Assembly: GCF_025526975.1 (NCBI RefSeq) | Contig: NW_026515685.1 | Coordinates: 310,001 to 374,000, forward strand | DNA: 64,000 bases | Direction: 5' to 3' | Source of the DNA: Fimicolochytrium jonesii | Taxonomy: Eukaryota | Shown: positions 40,614-54,792 of the stretch, in pieces | How the letters are laid out: every line of letters begins with the position of its first letter | Position numbering within the stretch: the stretch's first letter is position 1 | The notes under the pieces: model-generated | Databases searched by the model: none | Told to the model about the DNA's origin: nothing | What the model saw: the letters and a program-made list of their open reading frames with translations, nothing else | Program-made: the position numbers and the translations under genes

Positions 40614-43600
40614 ATGAACATTTCGAACCCGGTGCCGAAGGAGGTCACTTCGGTGGCCTTCTCGTTCTTGGACAACAAGGATGTTCGGAAGCTTTCGGTC
40701 AAGCAGATAACGAATCCTATTCTCTTTGACAACCTCGAGCATCCGACTACAGGCGGTCTTTATGATCCCGCGCTAGGACCTCACGACAAAAATTCTAGGT
40801 AGGCCATCGCAATTTTGCGCCGTATGAAACTCTTCACTGATAACGAAAACACTCCGACTATAGGTGTACGACATGTTCCCTCGGGCACTTCTCTTGCCCA
40901 GGACACTTCGGCCACATCGACCTTGCAGCCCCCGTTTACAACCCTATCACCTTCCGCCTTATGTACAAACTCCTCCAATCCCTATGTTTCTACTGCCATC
41001 ATCTGCGTTCCTCGCGGGTTGCGATCGCACATTACTCAGCGAAGCTTAAGCTCATATATGCTGGTCTGATCACGGAGGCGGCAGAACTCGACACGCTTGT
41101 TTCGACGAAAGCCAGCGCGCCATTGAAAAAGGCGAAGAAGGCAAAGACGACCAAATCCACACAACGGAACGAGTTCATCGAGGACGAGGCGGAGGAGGTG
41201 GATGAGGACGAGGAGGAGGAAGGAAGGGAATCTGAAAACGAGGACTCCATGGACATTGATGCTGAACTTGGTCTTGGGCCACGGACAGCTGAACACATGA
41301 TTGCCGAGATCGAAGACTACGTGCAGGAAGTTTTTGCGAAGGAACGTCCCGGCGCAGTTCGAAAGACAACTCTGGTGATCGAGGCACTTCGAAAGCTGGA
41401 AAGGCAGTTCTTGGGCTCCATTCCAGCGCAAAGTTGTGCTGGCTGTAGGGGACAAAGTCCCAAGTTTCGTAAGGAAGGCCAGCTCAAGATCTTCCAAAAG
41501 CCGTTGAATCCGAAACAGAGGCACGCTATGGACGCGAAAGGGCTGAAGTTTGAATCGCTCTTCTCCACCGCGCCTGAAGAGGCCGAGACAGATCCATCTC
41601 TCGGTCACGGCAACTCTGCAACGAACGGGATAAGCGCGACTGAGAAGGCACGAGCAGTTCTGGCAATGGAGGTACAGATTACGGAAGCAGACCTGGACGC
41701 TGTCGCCGTCGAGCAAGCTCCCGTCCTCAGCAAGGATAAGTTCTTGACACCATTAGAAGTACAACAACATCTGAAGATGCTGTGGGAGCGGGAACAAAGC
41801 ATACTCGACCTTCTTTATGGATCCACGTCCGTAGAGACTGGCAAGAGAACATCCTCGTACCGGATGTTCTTCTCCGACGTTGTTCCCGTTGCCCCAACCC
41901 GCTTCCGACCGATCTCGAAAATGAACGATATGGTCTACGAGCACCCCCAAAACACGCATCTGACAGAGATCCTGAAGGCGAATCTCGCCATCCAGGATAT
42001 TCGAGCTCAGGAGCAAGTTGCTCTTGCTGCTATTCCCGACAAATCATCAAACCTATATTACGAGAGAAGATCGGAGTTCCTGAAAAGGATCGTTGATTCC
42101 TGGATCAGGTTGCAGATGAGCGTCAACAACAACATCGACAGCTCAAAGGCACCACCAGGCCCCGGAGGCAAAGCACCGCCCCTTGGTATCAAACAGCTGC
42201 TTGAGAAGAAGGAAGGTCTCTTCCGAAAGCACATGATGGGAAAGCGTGTCAACTTTGCGGCCAGGTCTGTCATCAGTCCGGATCCGTACATCGAGACGAA
42301 CGAGATCGGGATACCACCCGTGTTTGCTACCAAACTTACATATCCTGAACCGGTGACGCATCACAACGTCAAGGAGTTACGGAGAGCAGTCATCAACGGG
42401 CCTTTGAAGTGGCCTGGCGCGTCACATGTCGTCACGGAGGATGGAACGGAAGTCAATCTGGCTACCTTCGACGAGGCGGGACGGACAGGGATCGCAAACC
42501 AGTTGTTGACACCGAATATCGGTGTGTCTGGCAATAACCAACACACGCATGTCAACAAGAAAGTTCTCCGACACTTGCGGAACGGTGATTTCCTCCTCCT
42601 CAACCGTCAACCAACTCTGCACAAACCATCCATCATGGCACACACCGCCCGTGTCCTGCCCGGTGAGAAAACCATTCGAATGCACTACGCCAACTGGTAG
42701 GAATACAATATTAATAGCTAAAGTACCCACAACAATGTGTCCAATTCTAACATAATCCATAATCAACAGTAACACGTACAACGCTGACTTCGACGGAGAC
42801 GAAATGAACGCGCACTTCCCGCAAAACGAAGTGGCCAGAGCGGAGGCGATGCTGATCGCTCGCACGGATAAGCAGTACCTTGTCCCCACAGATGGAGGAG
42901 TTTTGCGTGGTCTCATTCAAGATCACGTTGACGCTGGTGTGCATATGTGTTGTCGGGACACCTTGCTGGGAAGGGAGGAGTACATGCAGTTGGTGTACGG
43001 ATGCCTGCGGCCGGAGGGTATGCGCGGTTTCGGGACCGTTGGAAATGGCAACATTGAGGAAGAGCTGGTTATCGGAGAGCATGGCAAGGTCATCACTATC
43101 GAACCTGCGCACATGAAGCCCAGGAGGTTCTGGACGGGGAAGCAAGTTATCACCACCGTCCTTTTGAACTTGACTGCGGGAGCAGAACCCCTTAACATGA
43201 TCTCCAAAGCGAAGATCCCCGCAAAAGCCTGGGGACCGACTGGAAAGGAAGAGCAAGGAGTGCTCTTCATGGACGGTCACCTTTTGACTGGTGTGCTGGA
43301 CAAGTCTCAGTTCGGTGCCAGTGACAACGGTCTTGTGCACGCCGTCTACGAGACTTACGGACCCGCTTACGCCGGAAAGCTTCTCTCCATCCTCGGACGG
43401 CTGTTTACCGGGTACATGCAGATGTTCGGGTTCACGTGTAGAATGGACGATTTGCGTTTGACTGGCAAGGGTGACATCAAGCGACGAGAACTCATCAACA
43501 AGAGCAAAACGATGGGTCGGGAAGCCATCGTTGAGTACGTGGGTGCAGAGAAAGCCCGCACGGACCTTTCCCTCTCGCTAAGCATGGAGAGTGTCCTCCG

Positions 43601-46252
43601 CGTTGACGAGAAGATGGCCGGCCTCGACTCCGCGATGAAGAGCAAAACGAACCGAGTCACGTCCGAGATCATCTCGTCCACTGTTCCCGATCAGCTGCTC
43701 AAGCCGTTCCCGCACAACAACATGCAGATGATGACGGTCTCGGGAGCTAAGGGGTCGAACGTCAACGTGTCGCAGATCTCGTGTTTGCTGGGACAGCAGG
43801 AGTTGGAGGGTCGGCGTGTGCCTACGATGATCTCGGGGAAGACGCTGCCGAGTTTCCCGGCGTTTGATACGGCCGCACGAGCGGGAGGATATATTACCGG
43901 ACGGTTCTTGACTGGAATCAAACCTCAGGAGTACTTCTTCCGTAAGTCGTAGGCGATTGGTGTTTGTGGCAAGCAATCCTTCGTTTGTCTAACCATTTTC
44001 ACTTCCTCGAAATAGATTGTATGGCTGGGCGAGAAGGTCTCATTGACACAGCCGTCAAAACATCTCGATCAGGTTACTTGCAGAGGTGTTTGATCAAGCC
44101 CCTGGAAGGCCTCCGGGTCCACTACGATCACACTGTCCGTGATTCCGACGGAAGTATCGTTCAGTTCCACTACGGCGAGGACTCGCTAGACGTGACCAAG
44201 CAGAAGACGCTCACCAAATTCGATTTCTGCGCCATGAACTACCTCGCGCTGGTTGAGCGCTACAACCCTACTCGTCTTGCTAATGCCTCTATTGACTCGG
44301 AGAAGGTGGAGAAATACCGAAAGAAGCAGAAGAAGAGAGGGATCACAAACACCACGCTTCTGGAAAAGTTCTCCCCGTCTCGTTTCCTTGGAGCGGTCAG
44401 TGAGGGTTTTGCAAACGATCTGGACGCATACATCGAGAAGAACCCCAGCAACCTCCTCACGAACAAGAAGGCGAGAAAGGAAGGCAAGAAGCACAAGGCA
44501 TGGTCCGGCGACGCTGTCAAGGACTCCCACTTCAAGCTCCTTATGAACCTCAAATACATGAACTCCCTGGTGGAGCCCGGTGAAGCCGTCGGTCTGCTTG
44601 CGGCGCAGAGTATCGGCGAGCCTTCGACGCAGATGACGTTGAACACTTTCCACTTTGCTGGATTCGGTGCCAAGAACGTCACGCTTGGTATTCCGCGTCT
44701 TCGTGAGATTATCATGACGGCGTCCGATAACATCAAGACGCCGATGATGAGGTTACCGATGCTGCCGAGCGTCACACCGGCGCAGAGCGAGGCGTTCGCA
44801 AAGAGTATCTCGAAATTGGTGCTGTCGCAGGTTATGGAAGGCGTTAGTGTGAAGGAGCTGCTCAGCACTAAGGGGACTGACTTGTTGAGGAAGAAGATCT
44901 TCACCGTAAGACTGAGGTTCTGGAAGCCGGAGGATTACAAGGCTGATCACGGGATCACGCAGGAGGATCTTGGGCGGGTTATTGAGAAGGGTTTCGTGCG
45001 GGCACTGGATCGGGCTATTACCAAGGAACTGAAGGCTAAGAAGAGGAAGGAGGATGATGTTGATGATAACATTGGGGTTGGGACCACTTCTCCTGACGCT
45101 GTGCGACCTTCTCGATCGGGCGACGGCGAGGAAGGAAGTGACCGCCAGGCGGTTATGGACGACGAAGACGACGCCGGGTCGGACATTGAAGGAGACGATG
45201 GCGATGCGGTCAACACCAAGCAAACAAAGGCGCGGATGCAACTATCCAGCTACGACGCTCCCGACGACGATGATGAGGAAGTGATACGCCGGGTGGATCG
45301 CCAAATGAGCGACGATGAAAACGAGGACGACTCTGCAGGGAACGCGCAGCAGGCTGACGAGGACACTTCTGGCGCCACCGACGCCAGCGGTCTGACACGG
45401 GAAGAGCGGATTGTAACCAGCAGCCGCTTCGTGGTCGGATACAAGTTCGACCACGCGCGCGGGCGGTACTGCGACATCAAGCTTTCGTTCCCGGCCACGG
45501 TCAAGAAGATGCTCATGGTCTCCCTTGTCGAGAAAGTGTGCCGCAGCGTCGTGATCCACGAAGTCGACCGCATCTCCCGCTCGTACCCGTTACCCAACGA
45601 GGCCGAGAACGACAAGTCGGTCAACATCGGCACCGACGGCGTCAACCTCAAGGGCATGTGGGAGTACATGAACATGATCGACGTCTCCAAGATCTACACC
45701 AACGACGTTGCCGCGGTGTTGCGGACGTACGGTGTCGAGGCGGCCCGCGCTGCGATCATGCAGGAGATCGCGGGCGTGTTCGCGGTGTATGGGATCAACG
45801 TCGACAAGCGCCATTTGTCGTTGATTGCGGATTTCATGACGTTTGAGGGCGGGTATAAGCCTTTCAATCGGATGGGAATGGGCAGCAACCCGAGTCCGTT
45901 TGCGCAGATGAGTTTCGAGACGACGACGCAGTTCTTGACTACCGCGACGTTGTAAGTACTCACCCATCACCTCACACATGTCATTGGTCTTTGGAGATTG
46001 CAACGTAAACTAACGAGACATGATTCATCTTACGTTCACAGATCCGGAGACTTCGACAACCTCGAAAACCCCTCCGCCCGGCTCGTCCTCGGCAAAGTCG
46101 TCAAGGGCGGGACAGGCTCCTTCGAGGTCCGCCAACCCCTTAACGTCCGCGTCAGCGGCGTACAGGCGGCGGGTACGATCGCCGCCGAGGCACAGGATTT
46201 CGTCGCTAACCGCGCTACGAATGTTGTGAGGGATGTTGTTGTGGAGGCGTAG
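40614..46252 (+). CDS. RPA190: RNA polymerase I largest subunit (A190), multi-exon
   Basis: [55 protein letters not shown], catalytic [48 protein letters not shown] and an acidic expander region. Confidence 0.97.
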
Positions 46253-46569
46253 GGATGAGAGAGGGATTCGGAGTCCACCACGGATAGCGGGCTGCCATCG
46301 CACCACAACTCACACACCAGCAGCAGCAGCAGCTGATATACTTTTTGCTCGGTTATTGGCGCCCACGCCATTCATTTGTATTATTTATGTAGACACATAT
46401 TTCCCATTTGCATTTGTATCCACATTGATTTTTTTCTGTACACATATAGCATCAAGAGCCTGCTTGATCGAATATCATTATCTGACACAAAAAGCGTTCG
46501 CGATATTCCAGAAACACAACATTGCTTGTGCTGACAACGATTGGTCTTCCTCTAAGCCGCTGTGCTATC

Positions 46570-47978
46570 CTACAATACATATCGCAAGTTATAAACCCCA
46601 ACGCCCACCGCCCCCGCAACCCTCCTAACCTCAAACACCCCCTTCGCACTGCCCCAAAACGCCTCCTCCCCCTCCCCACGCCACTTATACGCCACCAACA
46701 CCTCCGCCCCGGGCCGATGAGCGCAGATACTTGTAATGGTATCGAGAAACACGCCGTGCGAGGCGACGTTGTACAGCACGTCGGCGGCTATCACCAGCGG
46801 CGGGAGAGGACTCTTCCCATTGCCGTCGGTGGGTGGTGCTAATCGAGCAACGATGTCCGCGTCTAGGAATCCCCACTCGAGGATATCCGCTCGACATTTC
46901 CCTCCCGTGTCTGCGTACTCGGTCTGTATGATATTGTTGCCCACATCGATGTTGTGCTGCAAACACGAGTCAGCGGGGTTATCCAGGTCCGTGCACACCA
47001 CATCGCCGCCGAGAACGGCGCCGGTTATGCCCGTGAGGCCGCAGCCGGCGCCCAGCTCGATTACCTGTCGTGGTGGTGTGGAGGAGCACGACGGGGGGAA
47101 GTATGAGTGGGCGTGGCAGGTGAGGTAGAGGGCGAGGATGGGCGCGCAGTCCCAGATGTGGGTGCCGGTGCTGAAGGTCATGTGGGCGTGTTCTGTTATG
47201 GGGATGACGAGCGGGAGTGTCCTTGGGAGGCGATCTGAAAGTGGATTGGCATGGCGGGGCATTTGGAAGCGGAAGTGGCGTTCGTTGGTTTGGACTTTGC
47301 CGCCTGAAGAGCGTCCGTTAGTCAGCTTGGATAGTTTGGACGTTGGTCGGTTGACGGAGTCACATACCTTTCGCATCCCGTCCCGCCGGCATCACTCTAC
47401 ATTCCCCCGAATAAACCCCGAGCGGAACCACCACTCGCATCCCTCCCTCCAAATCCGTCTTCACACCCCTCGCACCAACCGCCTCACAAACCCCGCTTGT
47501 AAGATCCTCCACACCCTCCTCCACATCCCCATCTTCCGTCGGATCTACGCACGCGGCGTTATCCACACCCACATGGAAACAGACAGGTTTGGGCTGCCGG
47601 AAACTTTTGCTGCATGTTATTGTTACGTCGATGGTGATGGATGGTTGGCCGGTTGGAGATATGATGAAGGAAGAGGCAGGTTTGGAGAGGGTGAGAGTTA
47701 GCGAGGGGATGGGGGTGTGGGAGCGTGCGTCGAGGAGGCGGAGGTGGACTGTGGTAGGGGAAGGTGGGTTGAGCTACATAAAACCAAGAAGCTTTAGCTG
47801 CCGTACAACGGCACTCTTCTTATTGAGGAAGGGGAGTCGGGTACTTACGAGGGACGGTTATGGCTGAGACGGGCACGCGGAGATCATCGGTGAGTGAGAT
47901 TGTGAGCGGGAAGGGTTTGCCGAGAGCGATTTCCTGCGGTGGGGGCCGCGTGAAGTGGAGGCGAAGGAGGCGGGGCAT
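46570..47978 (-). CDS. Family-16 (METTL21/Efm-like) SAM-dependent protein methyltransferase with an N-terminal extension
   Basis: TGTHIWDCAPILA, VIELGAGCGLTGI, VVCTDL, LEWG and VIAADVLYN motifs; upstream exons start MPRLLRLHFTRPPP. Confidence 0.8.
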
Positions 47979-48377
47979 AGATGCCTGACTGGCCACGCTG
48001 GGGGGGAAGTGCACCAGGCGTCTCTGGGCTGATGTTGCTTCAGAGGCTGCTTCAGAGGAGTTCGACCGAATTCTTTCTGAGGCCAAATTTTTCAAGCCTC
48101 GATTCTCTGTTTCTATCTCCTGATTCTCCAGCCCGACTGGACCTCTGGGACCTGGCCTCGTGAAACGCACCGTTGAGCGTCCTTTACATACATCCTGACG
48201 ATCGCGTCCCATTCTCCCCTTCCGGCACCGGCACGACAAGAACCCTGAACAACTCGCATATCAACTTCTTTTCGACCTTTGAGGAAGCAGCTGGCCGGTG
48301 GTAAAAGGAAGACGTGGAGCGTGTGGCAGCTTTCTCACAAGCTGAGTTCTGAAGCATCTGTTGACCCTTCTTGCACC

Positions 48378-49299
48378 ATGGCTGCCACCCGGAAGACACC
48401 TAAGCAAGCAGCTGGCAGCTATATATTCCCTTCCATCCACGACTTCCCTCCCTTCTACACGTAAGTTACGACTTTTCTAAGATGCCCAGGATGTCCAAAG
48501 GGTGGGGATGGGAGCAGTGATCACACCCGGAAGAACTCACTCTCACGCCCTTGACGTTTTCACAGAATACAACCGACAATATCCACCCGCACAAAGCAAC
48601 TACAGTTATGGTGTGAAATACTGCTGCAGTACTGTGCAGCGACTCGCACGTCTGAGTTGCTCGTTGCGCCGGCCGCGATGAACCAAGATCCAATGACGCA
48701 GGCCGTGTTTGCCAACGAGAGGATAAGACGTAATGTATCGGTGGGGAAGTGAGGGTCTGCGGGGCAGAGCGGAATTAGATCGGCGTTTGTTCGGAAACCT
48801 CACGCCGGAGCTTTCGATTTGCCTAGGAAGGTTGAACAGGGAAGCGATACAACAGATCGTTGATGAGCTAGTGCAGCAAGGTAGGCTGATACCCTGTTGG
48901 CACGATGTCCCCAGTTTGGTTGTCCGTTTCCGCCGGCTGACGAAAATCCTCAGGTCAAGCCGAATGGGACTCACCTGCCAAGGACCAATGTCTCATCTAC
49001 TGGCGGAAGCCGGAGGATTGGGGAGCGCAAGTCTACAAATGGGCTTTCGACTCTGGATCGACGGGATCCATTTGTACCGTTTACGAGCTTCTGCATGGCG
49101 AATACACTGAGGGACAAGGTGGGTCATCTCCTTGCGTGAATTATGCCTGTCGGTCGTCCTCATGTGGTGTTGTTTCGCAGAATTCCATGGACTGAACGAG
49201 AAGACCATGGTGAAGGCATTGGAAGCGCTCGCAAAGTTGGGAAAGGCGCAGCTGTTTGTTGGCAGTACAGACTTGGAGATGGGCGTGAAGTTTTCATGA
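48378..49299 (+). CDS. VPS25: ESCRT-II subunit Vps25, multi-exon
   Basis: FPSIHDFPPFYT.IQP, W.EILLQYC, CLIYWRKPEDW, ICTVYELLHG, EFHGL and GVKF end. Confidence 0.92.
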
Positions 49300-49945
49300 G
49301 TGGCCGGTGGCAACGATCTCTCGTATTTCTAAACATCCCCTTCCATCTCAGTGGAAGGTTGGTTGTTGGTCCTTGGAGCAACACTCTGCCCGAACCCGAC
49401 TCAATGAAAAGAGCATATTCTCCATATGCTTGGAGGGCTTCACCCCTTGCCTTCTGCAGCGGACTTGAGTTTATTCCGGGAGGCAGCTCAGAGACGACAA
49501 TCACTGCTGTATCGTGAGTTCCCGTGCGGGCTGCCCTTCGCTGTATGACGGCTCGCTGGACTCTTACGTTGGAGGTGAATCCACCCTCATCACCTCGTTC
49601 TCGCTAAACTCATGTGATGGAAGCCATGCCCTCAGCGAACAGCTGCAACCCTAGGAACATCTGAACAGAAATATCTGATGTACATATATGTCGATGAAAA
49701 TCTTGCTCAAAAATCATTGTCATAAGTTTAGTCGCTACGAGGCCACAGTAGCTGGAAAATGGATGGCCGTAGGTTCATGCGGCATTCTTTGCGTTCTTTT
49801 AAACAGTGGGTCGGGGTCCAGCGCATCGTCCGAGTCCTTACGGCTCTACAGCTGGAGGCCTGTGGTTTCAATCGCGTAGAAAAACTTGGAAAGTGGTGAC
49901 GAGTGGACCATCTATTTACATCCCCAAGAAAACCCACCACCCACA

Positions 49946-50459
49946 ATGACGCTAAACCTCACTCTCCAATTCAGGTGCAGACCTCGCCCCCATACCATCG
50001 CTTGCCCTGTTCGTCAAACCTCTTCCACGCCTAACCTTGTTTTGTCACCTTCGCAGCGGAGGCATGGAACTCCTCTTCTCCCATCAAAAAGAGCTCGCCC
50101 TCCAAACCACACCCTCCGACCTGCTTGCCCACTACGCCAAACCCAATCCGTCAGAGTCAACTTTAACCTCGGAAGCAGAACTCCGCCATCTCCTCCCTTA
50201 CATCCGCGACACGCTGCTGACCGAACGGGCCGAGCTGTTCATGCAGGGTGATACCGTGTACGTATCCCCAAAAACAAACCCCCCGTTATCATGCTTGGGG
50301 AGCGATGGTAATACTCGTATACCGGTTACTGCTTTTCTTAGACAACCGGGAATCTTAGTGCTGATAAATGATGCGGACTGGGAACTGGAGGGGGAGTTGG
50401 ATTATGTCTTGAGAGACGGGGATGTGATTTTTTTCATATCGACGCTGCATGGGGGTTGA
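49946..50459 (+). CDS. URM1: Ubiquitin-related modifier Urm1
   Basis: [41 protein letters not shown] and FISTLHGG*; 2 introns. Confidence 0.95.
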
Positions 50460-51077
50460 TGAAGTTTGCTGGGTCGAAAACAGGTGCGATGGGGTCAGGG
50501 GAAGGGGGAGGAAGGGGAGGAGGTGGTTGGAGCGGGTTCGGGAAAATGAAAATCTGGAGCGGAAGCCCATAGGTTGCCGGAAAGAGCCCACGGCAGGCAA
50601 TATGCACACAGCGGCTACGAGACATACCGGGGGGTCAATAGCCCGCTTCTCGGCGCATCAAGCAATGCCGGAAACATATGGGCGATCACCGAAGCGTCTG
50701 GCGGCTCGATGCCAGCGGGTCGGCATTCTGGATCGTCGAAATCGAAGACCTTGTAGATGTGTGAGCATAAGCACGCGTACTGGGGCGTTCTGGCGGTGAA
50801 GCTCTCAGATGAGAAATGTGGGGAGGGCTATGAGGGAAGGTGTACTTGACGGGGAGTGGTAATGCACAACTGCTGAGGCGTGGGTATATGCGGGGTATAC
50901 GCGGGAATCTGCCTGCAAACGCCCGTTTTCCGATCTGCTAACTGGTAAAAGCCGGCAAAAGTCAAACACTCATTCGGGATACGTGTATCGCAGCGGTTTA
51001 ACCTGATAGGCTCGATGAACAGCGAGTATTATCTGGGTAATATATATGTACATGAGTCGTCGGACCCATCACTGGTC

Positions 51078-52015
51078 CTATGTCTTCCGCCGGGTGAGAT
51101 GGTCATATATGACGACCTGGATATGCTCATCCTTCACAATATGTGTTACGGTTGTTTTATCCCCCGGTTTCGGTTCCTAAACCCCTCAAAGGGAAATCAG
51201 TTCACCGGCCAACCCATACCACCACCCAAAAGATATGGCCTGAAAACATCCCCTACCTTCGGATCGACATTAATTATCTTCCGATCTCGCTTATTTTTGA
51301 ACAGTATCCCGCTCTCATTGTCTGCAATCACCTGGAAATTGGGCATCGCGTTGCTGGTGCATGTCTGCGTCTCCCAGTTATAGAAGCTCATGTCTGTCGT
51401 GCGTGGCATCAATGCCCGTGTGCGGAGGAAGTAGGGCTCAAAGTTTTCGGTTTTGAGACGGTGCGCGTAGTCGATGTAACCGCTGATTTCCTGGTTTTTG
51501 GCGTTGTAGGTGCCGATGAAGATGATGGACTTGCATTGGAAAAGCAAAATGATTTCAATATCATATATATGTGTCGGAGTCCATGGCATCTCTCACTCTC
51601 ACCGTGAGTTTGCCGCTCCGATTGGATTCCTCTCTCTCAGCCAGTGCCTGCAAGAATGGATATCCGGAAAGGTCTTTTGCATACGATGCAAGCACCTTGG
51701 TGGCCAAGTGCTTATTCAGACGGAAGTTCTCGGCCGCTCGTTTCTTGGCCTCGAACTCCTCTCGTTTCAATGGCTCGCCTGAGCCCCGGTACCCGAGCTC
51801 GACTTGTTGTCTTGCTAGCTCTTTGTCCTGGATTATGAGGGTTAGGTTGTGAGTGATGGGTCATCGAGCATTCGAGGGTTTAGACTTGACGAAACCTCGA
51901 GAAAGTATAAGTCGGTATTGCTTATTTGACTGTCCAGATATTCCTCGTACGTCGCATGATCGGCGACGGCGCTGTCGCCTATGCCGCTCTGGATGTCGGC
52001 GAGCTCATCACTCAT
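51078..52015 (-). CDS. CFAP299: Cilia- and flagella-associated protein 299 (DUF4464/C4orf22)
   Basis: TYEEYLDSQI..DLYFLE, QLVELGYRGSG, LAEREESNRSGKL, IIFI..NAKNQEISGYIDYAHRLKTENF, FKNKRDRKIINVDP and VVIYDHLTRRKT*. Confidence 0.92.
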
Positions 52016-52697
52016 GCCTGCGCTCAGTTGTCCGGTCAGGTCGTTCGAATTGAAGAATGCAAAGAGAAACACTAACAAAACCCCCTGACGAGAGATTCGC
52101 TGTCGAAATCGGGATTTTTTATGGGCAAGGCTTGGAGGCTTGGAGGCTGGGACAAGCGATACAGCAGCCACGGCAGGCTGATTCGACAGTGTGCACCGGA
52201 ATCACCGGATTATCAAGAGCTAAATGGGACAGAGCACAAAGGTCGCACCAATATCACTTCGGGGATAGGGGAGAAAAGTGAAAATCGATTGCGGAGCTGG
52301 GCGAGAGCTGTCAGTCGTCTCTCGCCTGCGGCCTCACGTCTCTCGCGTCAGGCCGTACGTAACCCACACGGCACGGTAGAATCGCGCGCACCAGCCGCAT
52401 CGTTGTCTATGATGCATAAAAGCTCGACGTGTCTCACGTGTCGAAGCAGACCCGCGGACTGAGGGTCCTTCGCTGCTGCCATACCGTACAGTATATTGGG
52501 AACGGGGCATATTTTAAATACAAACGATAGGGGGAGTCGTAGGAGGTTCTGTCCTAAAGCGATTGCGAGAGCACTACGAACACTTCCCTAAGGGACACAG
52601 AGCTATAAGCCATCAAGTTGTTCCGTCCGGGGGTCGAGATATGAGGTTTTGAGAACGCTGAGAAGCGTCAAACGGACTAGGAACGTGCACACTTCTC

Positions 52698-54113
52698 TCA
52701 CACAACCTCCTCCGTCAAATCCTCCTGCGGCACAGGCGGCCGCCGGCACCCCGCGAAGGGTGGTGGGGAGACAACGTCGTTGAAGAGGAATGTTCTGCAA
52801 GAAGACAAGTTAGATACGGGTGGATGGGATGGGTGGAGGCACCCCTGTGAGGGGCGGGGGAGGGCTTACCCGTAGATGAGAATGACGAATCCAAGAACTT
52901 GGAGCCATCGGAAGTGTTCCCAGCCGAGGGAGAGGGATATTATCCAGATGAAGAGTGTTCTGCGGGGAGGGGAAGATGGTCAGTGGTCAATGTCAGGAGA
53001 AAATCACGATCGGGGTGCATGGCCGGGGAGTGTATGGACTGACCTGCAAGTATCGATCGTACTCCGACTAGTCGCGCTGATACTCCTCGTAACACTCAAC
53101 CCAAACCAATTGAAACTCGCAATCGAAAACGTGATCCCCACACCCGCCCAGAAAACCTGACTGAACCCAAACAACTGGCTAAACCCCACCGGCAAGTCAA
53201 AAAAGTTGCCCGTGTCCTTTCCCACAGTGAAATACAGGACGGGCATGAGTGTGCCCGTGGTGATGAGCCCGAAGATTCCCTCGAGCCCGACGGCTTTCAT
53301 GGCGGGGAGGTGGAAGTGGGACATGATTTTTTCCTCGATGACGAATTGGAGGGCGGTGAAGGTTTGGGCGAGGATGACGAGGAGGACGCCGATGATGGAC
53401 CATGTGCTTGGTTTTGTGCCCATAAGGTATGGATGCTCCGCGTCGTTGTGGGAGTCAGCTGGGGGTGGGGATGATGCGTGCTCGACGATGCTGCTCATCC
53501 CGACGGTGGCGACGCCGAGGAAGACCATGACGAGGGCGAACCATCGGTAAAGCGGGTGGCGGCGGTTGAGAAAGAGGACGGAGAGGGTGCCCGTGAAGAG
53601 GACGACGGAGCCGCGGAGCATTTGGTACACGGAGGCGGAGATGTGGATCAGACCAACGTTCATGAGGGTTGTTGCGATCATGTCGCAGAGCGTGGGGAGC
53701 CAGAGAAGGAAATTGTAGTAGCCTGTCATGGGCTGAGGTGTGTGCGCGACGAATGTTGGGGGGATGAGGGGGGATGTCTCTTCGCCTGCGACGTCGTCGG
53801 CTGTCGCGACGCCGGGGGAATCGGGGTGGACCACTGCAACCCCGGCCGCTCCAGCAGCTGCCGCTTCGGCCTCCCTCGCGATCCGCTTGTTCTCCCTCCA
53901 CACTCCCACGTAGTAGACAATAAGGCAGAGAGATTCACCCAAGAACATGTTCACTGTCTGCCATAGCGGCTGTTCGAACAGGTGTCGCCTTTTCGGATCC
54001 GGGTCATCGCAGTTCTCCACGCAGGTGTTGTCTTGGAGTTTGTTGAGGATTGTATTGACAGTGCCGGTCAACAGCATGCCCACCACCAGGACGAGGACGA
54101 ATATTGGTTTCAT
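52698..54113 (-). CDS. SLC35F6-like DMT/nucleotide-sugar transporter family membrane protein
   Basis: MLLTGTVNTILNKLQD, FEQPLWQTVNMFLGESLC, LPTLCDMIATTL, YQMLRGSVVLFTG, QFVIEEKI and SATSRSTIDTCRTLFIW. Confidence 0.85.
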
Positions 54114-54770
54114 GGCTGTGTAGAGGCGGGATGGTATTCCGTGGGAATTTGTGTGGGAGGGTGCTGTGCTCGACTGCTTTGCCCCTGACAGGTTCGCGTG
54201 GGAACAAAGGGCAGGCGAAAACTTGGACTTGGATAGTTTTGGAACCTTATGCGGCGTCAACAGAGACGAGCCTATTCACTAGGTCACTGTGAAGAAAGAT
54301 AAATATGAGTGCAAGTTCGGTGGGAAGATTGCGCAATGGGTATGGACCTTACAAATGCGAAAGCTGACGGAGGTCTCCTCGCGATAGAATTGCGAACAGA
54401 GTACAGACTTGCACGATATCAAATTCTTATGAGACGTAGAGCGGGCGTGAGAAGGAGTATTGTGCGGTCGTGGGAGTTGGGAGTTTGGAGTATGGAATGG
54501 AAGAAGGCAGGGAGCTTGGCCACGGGAATGCAGCAAGGTCAGGCAGTACAGTAATACATATTTGAAGCCCCGCTTGGCTCGTTTGTTTACTTGCTCTTTG
54601 TTTAGCACGCGCAGCAGGCAAGTTGGGAGATGGGTGATCAGGCTTGCTAAAGAGATTGCGCCATCCTTGTGCGCAGAATGATTAGCGGGCTTTTCACGCG
54701 TTTCATTAGCCACACGCCAATTAGCCTCATTGCGAACTTTCGATAAGGCGTGGCGGTATGACAGCAGGGC

Positions 54771-54792
54771 GGGGGGGGGGGGGGGGGGGGGG
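54771..54792. repeat. G22 homopolymer
   Basis: Direct reading; lies in the divergent intergenic region between the transporter and Yippee. Confidence 0.85.

Noticed and set aside
30342..54113. UGDH plus a nucleotide-sugar-transporter-like gene as a glycan cluster
   Set aside because: They are more than 20 kb apart with unrelated genes between them and no glycosyltransferase.
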